Part shown: positions 48,746-53,385 of the stretch, piece after piece
Numbering within the stretch: the stretch's first letter is position 1
Layout: each line of letters starts with the position of its first letter
DNA from: Minisyncoccota bacterium
GTDB taxonomy: Bacteria; Patescibacteriota; Minisyncoccia; Phycocordibacterales; JACZSL01
Assembly: GCA_028280145.1 (NCBI GenBank)
Contig: JANQMM010000063.1
Span: 1-53,385, forward strand
DNA: 53,385 nucleotides
Direction: 5' to 3'
Position numbers and translations under genes: made by a program
The notes under the pieces: generated by a model
Told to the model about the DNA's origin: nothing
Seen by the model: only the letters and a program-made list of their open reading frames with translations
Database searches by the model: none

Positions 48746-51424
48746 ATGTCAGAGAAAAGGTATAAAACCGGAGATGCAATATGTAAGGAGTTCAAGACAC
48801 AGCCTGAAGGGCTTTCCGACCAAGATGCACTACAGAGAAGGAAGCAGTACGGATACAACGAGCTAAAATCAAAAGAGAAGGTAAGTGCGCTTCGGGTACT
48901 TGCAAACCAGTTTAAGAATCTTATTCTCTACGTACTTATTGCCGCGGCCATTGTGTCCGTATATGAAGGGGAGTTGATCGCATTTTATGTGATAGCCGGC
49001 GTTATTGTCATTGTGGTGGCTCTTGGGTTCGTACAGGAGTATCAGGCCGAGCGGGTCATGGCATCTCTTAAGTCGTTGGTAAAGACCGACAATACCGTAA
49101 GGCGCAGTGGCAAGTTACGCTCCATACATCGAAAGGATATTGTTCCCGGAGATGTAGTGGTGCTTGATACCGGCGATACCGTTCCTGCTGATGCGATCGT
49201 TATTGAGGCAACACAGCTTCGCCTTGATGAAAGCGCACTGACCGGCGAAAGTGTCCCGGTCGAGCATCGCGTCGGGGAGGACTTGTTTGCCGGCACATTC
49301 GTAGTACACGGCAAAGGTGTTTGTGTAGTCGCTGCTACCGGAATGAATACCAAATTGGGAAGTATTGCTTCGTCACTAAGTGAGGGTAGTACCGAAACAC
49401 CGCTTCAGAAGAACGTAACGCATTTAACCAAGTCACTTGCACTCGTAGCACTTTTTGGTTCGGCGGCCACATTTGCCTTTGGTTTGTGGCAAGGCGCGCT
49501 CTTTGATGAGATTCTACTTGTTGCCCTTGCCCTTGCCGTAGCCTCAGTGCCCGAAGGACTCCCCTTGGCACTTACCATTACACTTGCCCACGGTATGAAA
49601 CGTATGGCAAAGCACAACGCGGTGGTGCGCAAGCTTGTCAGTGTTGAAACGCTGGGGTCGACGACCGTGGTTTGTACTGACAAGACAGGAACACTTACCA
49701 AAAACGAAATGACAGTTGAGCGGATGCTTGTCGGTGACGTGGTATATGAAGTAACCGGAAGCGGGTATGCTCCAACAGGGGATTTCCTGTCACAGGGCCA
49801 GTTGATAGAGGCAGAGGAAAATAAGCTGCTGAAACAATTGCTTACAAGCGGTATTCTTTGCAATAACGCAACCCTGGTCCAGTCTGATAATAAGTGGAGC
49901 ATCATCGGAGACCCGACCGAGGCCGCACTTCTCGTTGCAGCCGGCAAAGCAAACATATGGAAAGAGGATGTAAATGAGCAGTATGAGCGGGTTGAAGAAC
50001 TTGTCTTTACCTCCGAGCGAAAAAGAATGACCGTTGTTGCTCGAAACAAAAAAAGCAGCACCACGGATGCGTATGTAAAGGGTGCGCCGGAAGTCATGCT
50101 TCAACTGGCACATACACGAATGACCCGTGACGGGATAAAACCTTTGACGGACGCTGATAGAGACCGCATCACCCGCATACAAGAAGAGTTTGCAAACTCA
50201 GCATATCGCGTGCTCGCACTTGGATACAAAGAAGCCGTGACCGACTTAAATGCAGAATCGCTTGAACAAGAACTGGTGTTCCTTGGACTTGTGGCGATGA
50301 TCGATCCTCCTCGTGAAGAGACACTCGATGCCATAGCTGAAGCAAAGAGCGCGGGGGTTGATGTGAAAATGGTTACCGGTGATAACAAAGACACTGCTCG
50401 CGCAATTGCGAAAAAGGTTGGTCTCCTTGGTGAGCACGAACCTGTTACTGAGTTTTCTGATGCAAAACTGCAACACATCGTGCATGACCACGTCGTGACC
50501 GGGACAGAATTGGATACCATTGATGATGATACGTTTGCCACGGTGGTTGATTATATCGACGTCTATGCCCGTGTCAGACCCGAACAGAAGTTACGCATCA
50601 TAAATGCCCTGAAGCGAAAAGGGCATATTGTTGCCATGACAGGTGACGGAGTAAATGATGCACCGGCACTGAGACAAGCGGATATCGGTGTGGCCATGGG
50701 CATCAAAGGAACCGATGTTGCCAAAAACGCAAGCGCAATGGTCTTGCAGGATGATAACTTTGCAACCATTATAAGTGCTATTCGAATAGGCCGTGTACTC
50801 TATGACAACATCGAGAAGCTCGGAGTCTATCTCATCTCACGAAACTTCACCGAAATCATCCTTATCTTCCTCGGCATGCTTACCTTTGGTGTGCACTTCT
50901 TGCCGCTCCTTGCAATACACATTCTCTACATCAATCTCTTTAGCGAGATAGTTCCGTCTCTTGGGCTTGGTCTTGATAAGAATGTTGAGGATGTTATGAA
51001 GCGCGGTCCGCGCGATAGTAAGGAGCGTTTGCTTAATCGAAAGAATAAGATATTGATCGCGATCGGCGCGAGCACCATGGCGCTTGTGGCATATCTTGCC
51101 TTCGTGTTGCATCAGCCGATGCAGACGCTTGAGGAGGCGCAAACATTTGCTTTTGCAACCATTACCGCAATGGTGCTGTTCATTCCGTTTGCATATCGAA
51201 ACATTCACCGCGCAGGTGCACAAAAAAACTCAACGCCAAACGGTATTCTCATTGGCGGCGTTATCTTCTCGGGCTTGCTTACGCTTATGGTGATGTATAC
51301 ACCTACGCTCCAGTCGGTCTTTCGCGTCATACCACTTTCACCGACTGAGTGGATCGTTCCTGTTGGTCTTGCTCTTACAGCATTTGCCATCATCTCGCTT
51401 TTGAAACGATTGGTGCTCAGATAG
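48746..51424 (+). CDS. Cation-transporting P-type ATPase (type II, Ca2+-like)
   Basis: DESALTGES, VPEGLP, DKTGTLT, KGAPE, TGDGVNDAPAL. Confidence 0.95.
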   Translation: MSEKRYKTGDAICKEFKTQPEGLSDQDALQRRKQYGYNELKSKEKVSALRVLANQFKNLILYVLIAAAIVSVYEGELIAFYVIAGVIVIVVALGFVQEYQAERVMASLKSLVKTDNTVRRSGKLRSIHRKDIVPGDVVVLDTGDTVPADAIVIEATQLRLDESALTGESVPVEHRVGEDLFAGTFVVHGKGVCVVAATGMNTKLGSIASSLSEGSTETPLQKNVTHLTKSLALVALFGSAATFAFGLWQGALFDEILLVALALAVASVPEGLPLALTITLAHGMKRMAKHNAVVRKLVSVETLGSTTVVCTDKTGTLTKNEMTVERMLVGDVVYEVTGSGYAPTGDFLSQGQLIEAEENKLLKQLLTSGILCNNATLVQSDNKWSIIGDPTEAALLVAAGKANIWKEDVNEQYERVEELVFTSERKRMTVVARNKKSSTTDAYVKGAPEVMLQLAHTRMTRDGIKPLTDADRDRITRIQEEFANSAYRVLALGYKEAVTDLNAESLEQELVFLGLVAMIDPPREETLDAIAEAKSAGVDVKMVTGDNKDTARAIAKKVGLLGEHEPVTEFSDAKLQHIVHDHVVTGTELDTIDDDTFATVVDYIDVYARVRPEQKLRIINALKRKGHIVAMTGDGVNDAPALRQADIGVAMGIKGTDVAKNASAMVLQDDNFATIISAIRIGRVLYDNIEKLGVYLISRNFTEIILIFLGMLTFGVHFLPLLAIHILYINLFSEIVPSLGLGLDKNVEDVMKRGPRDSKERLLNRKNKILIAIGASTMALVAYLAFVLHQPMQTLEEAQTFAFATITAMVLFIPFAYRNIHRAGAQKNSTPNGILIGGVIFSGLLTLMVMYTPTLQSVFRVIPLSPTEWIVPVGLALTAFAIISLLKRLVLR

Positions 51425-51491
51425 CACCGCGCTTTTGAAAGCAGAGGGGAAGGGATTCGATCACAAATGAACGCAAAAAGCCAACACATAT

Positions 51492-51516
51492 AAAAAAAGG
51501 GGATATAGACATCCCC
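51492..51516 (-). terminator. Terminator of the islet ORF
   Basis: Minus strand GGGGAT-gtctat-ATCCCC-TTTTTTT. Confidence 0.65.
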
Positions 51517-51541
51517 AAAGTGAATTCGCGAGGCTAGGAGG

Positions 51542-51742
51542 TTAAGTCTCCAACGGTTCTGTTTTGTAAGAATCGTCGTACTGACCCCATCGGATCAGTG
51601 GATTGCCGCGAGTTTGTCTCATGGTGACTTCTCGGGCAGTTATTTGAAGGCGTTTATCTAGGTCTCTCTCTAGTTTTTTTTCGTTGATGAAACGCTCGAC
51701 AAACCTAACTCCTAGCTGATGCAGTTTTTCGATGATATTCAT
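51542..51742 (-). CDS. Small hypothetical protein (66 aa) inside the islet
   Basis: AGGAG RBS 7 nt before ATG 51742; terminator downstream. Confidence 0.55.
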   Translation of the reverse strand: MNIIEKLHQLGVRFVERFINEKKLERDLDKRLQITAREVTMRQTRGNPLIRWGQYDDSYKTEPLET

Positions 51743-51882
51743 GTCCAACTCCTGGAAAGAAACCTGTCGAACTGGATTAAGAATAAGTGTTGCCGGCATG
51801 TTTGTCAGAGTATTTATCCACAATCTGTTTTTGATCAATGGAAATCAGGATACCATGAGAAGGTATCTTGTCTTCATTAATG

Positions 51883-51971
51883 CAGAGGGGAAGGGATTCG
51901 AACCCTCGGTACGGTATAACCCGCACAACGCTTTTCGAGAGCGCCCCGTTCAACCACTCCGGCACCCCTCT
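51883..51971 (-). tRNA. tRNA-Ser(CGA)
   Basis: Minus strand AGAGGGG/CCCCTCT acceptor, GCGCT-CTCGAAA-AGCGT, long variable arm, GTTCGAATC. Confidence 0.95.
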
Positions 51972-52002
51972 AATATATTTCGTATTATCGCTTGGAAGCT
52001 TA

Positions 52003-52045
52003 CCCAGTGGTCCAACCACTGTAACCCAGTGGTTGGACCACTGGG
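52003..52045. repeat. Perfect 19-bp inverted repeat with nested palindromes
   Basis: CCCAGTGGTCCAACCACTG-taacc-CAGTGGTTGGACCACTGGG. Confidence 0.9.
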
Positions 52046-52128
52046 ATGGTTACATACTAGCATTTTTACAAAACAGTGCTATAATTTGCCGCACATGAGC
52101 CACCGGCTCATTTTTAAATAACCAATAC

Positions 52129-52200
52129 GGCCCTATCGTCTAATGGTCAGGACATCAGGTTTTCATCCTGAAAATCGGGGTTCGATTCCCCGTAGGGTCA
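52129..52200 (+). tRNA. tRNA-Glu(TTC)
   Basis: GGCCCTA/TAGGGTC acceptor, TCAGG-TTTTCAT-CCTGA, GTTCGATTC. Confidence 0.95.
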
Positions 52201-53384
52201 CAAAGTAGAACTTCCTCGGCGCACAGCGCCAACCCGCGCCTGCGGCGCGAAATGTGGGAAGCCAAAAAACCCTGTCGCGTAGCGACAAACTGAAAAGGAG
52301 ACGGGACGGAAAAGCGCGCAGTTTTGTCACGAACCAAGGGGTTCGTTCCGACTTTTTTGACGAAAGCAGCGATTTCGGAGAAATCATCGCTGGAGGATAA
52401 AAAGGCGGCTTGTTTCGTGTCTAAAATCCACTTACGCAGGGGTTCGACCCACACCTTTTCTTGTTGCCGAAAAGCTTTCTGTTTTTCCTTCAAAGTCAGG
52501 GTTGCGCGCATGATTTCATCTTTCTTTTTAAGATAGATGTTTTTTGGTATGTCTCCGTCTAAATATGATTCAACGAGCTTGTCTAAGCGCGCTTCACTGG
52601 CTTTGATTTCTTGAGAGAGCTTTTCTGCAACACTGTGTGAAGTGGAATTTTCTTCATGTTGGAGAGCCTCAATTCTCTCCAACATATAATCTGTGTACAC
52701 TTCACACAGCGAAATGGTTTGGAGCCGTTCCTTGAGTTGTTCGGCTAACGCTTCTTCACGGACGTACTTTTGTGAGCAAACGCCTTTCTTTTTCGTACAC
52801 CGATAGTATCTATATTTGCCACCATGTCTGCCGGTTGCCCACTGCGCAGTAATCATGGAGTTACACTCACCGCAACGAAAAAGATTGGTGAACGGAAAGT
52901 CATGTTTTAACTTCGTCTTTCTTGGCCGCGCGTTAGCCGACAACACTTTTTGTACGGCTTCAAACAATTTCGGGGAAATAATTGGTGCAAAGCTTCCTTC
53001 AAACCATTCGTCATAGTGCTTCACAAAACCGAGATATGCTCGATTGGTAAGTAGTCGTTTGATGGAAGCTTTGCCAAGTGGCGTGCCTTTCTTTGTTACC
53101 ACGCCATGAAGCGACAAAAAGTCGGCGAGTGATACTAATCCATGTTCGCCTGTGGCGTATTCCTCAAAAGCGCGCACGATAATCTTGCTACGCACGGGAT
53201 GCGGTTCAATGTTCCGAATCTTTGGATTGTTCACGTACCCGAACGGAGCTTTGGTGAGCCACTCACCTCGCCGAACTTTTTGGCGCATTCCTCGCTTCAC
53301 ATTCTGCGTCAGATTGTCTGAATAGTATTTAGATTGACCAAACGCCACTTGAAGCATAAAGAGCCCCTGCGGAGTGGGTTCAAA
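52155..53384 (-). CDS. Large serine recombinase (5'-truncated by window edge)
   Basis: YSDNL...VKRG, APFGY, LLTNRAYLG recombinase domain, RCGEC...YYRC...C zinc ribbon, coiled coil; frame stays open past ATG 53357 to the window end (FEPTPQGLFMLQ). Confidence 0.9.
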   Translation of the reverse strand, partial: FEPTPQGLFMLQVAFGQSKYYSDNLTQNVKRGMRQKVRRGEWLTKAPFGYVNNPKIRNIEPHPVRSKIIVRAFEEYATGEHGLVSLADFLSLHGVVTKKGTPLGKASIKRLLTNRAYLGFVKHYDEWFEGSFAPIISPKLFEAVQKVLSANARPRKTKLKHDFPFTNLFRCGECNSMITAQWATGRHGGKYRYYRCTKKKGVCSQKYVREEALAEQLKERLQTISLCEVYTDYMLERIEALQHEENSTSHSVAEKLSQEIKASEARLDKLVESYLDGDIPKNIYLKKKDEIMRATLTLKEKQKAFRQQEKVWVEPLRKWILDTKQAAFLSSSDDFSEIAAFVKKVGTNPLVRDKTARFSVPSPFQFVATRQGFLASHISRRRRGLALCAEEVLLCDPTGNRTPIFRMKT

Positions 53385-53385
53385 C

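Larger units (their letters stand above)
51441..51901. mobile_element. Mini genomic islet flanked by 20-bp direct repeats of the tRNA-Ser(CGA) 3' end
   Basis: GCAGAGGGGAAGGGATTCGA at 51441-51460 and 51882-51901. Confidence 0.7.

Overview
Bacterial chromosomal window in genetic code 11 (TGA is used as stop). The gene set and style suggest a Patescibacteria/CPR genome, probably Parcubacteria-type; this assignment is inference. It is mostly housekeeping: nth, mutY, rnj, secG, groES/EL, lemA-DUF2207-htpX, rnpB, murJ-lepA, eno, ppsA, valS, tsaD/tsaC, yvcK, a P-type ATPase and six intact tRNA genes. Accessory material clusters at tRNAs: an AT-rich two-gene wHTH / wHTH-HEPN islet after tRNA-Ser(GGA), a degenerate tandem copy of tRNA-Phe, a T-arm scar after tRNA-Val, a ~440 bp att-flanked mini-islet at tRNA-Ser(CGA), and a large serine recombinase reading antisense into tRNA-Glu. 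The most unusual item is a secreted acidic 414-aa protein (982-2226) built from short peptides resembling other protein families, chiefly several scrambled pieces of the T6SS tube protein Hcp. It is a candidate molecular-mimicry or decoy protein. Also notable are a D-lactate dehydrogenase-phosphoglycerate mutase fusion, two glycosylases with lost or degenerate Fe-S motifs, a 1711-aa surface protein with a structured leader, and many apparently leaderless genes. All family assignments come from motif recognition, not database searches.
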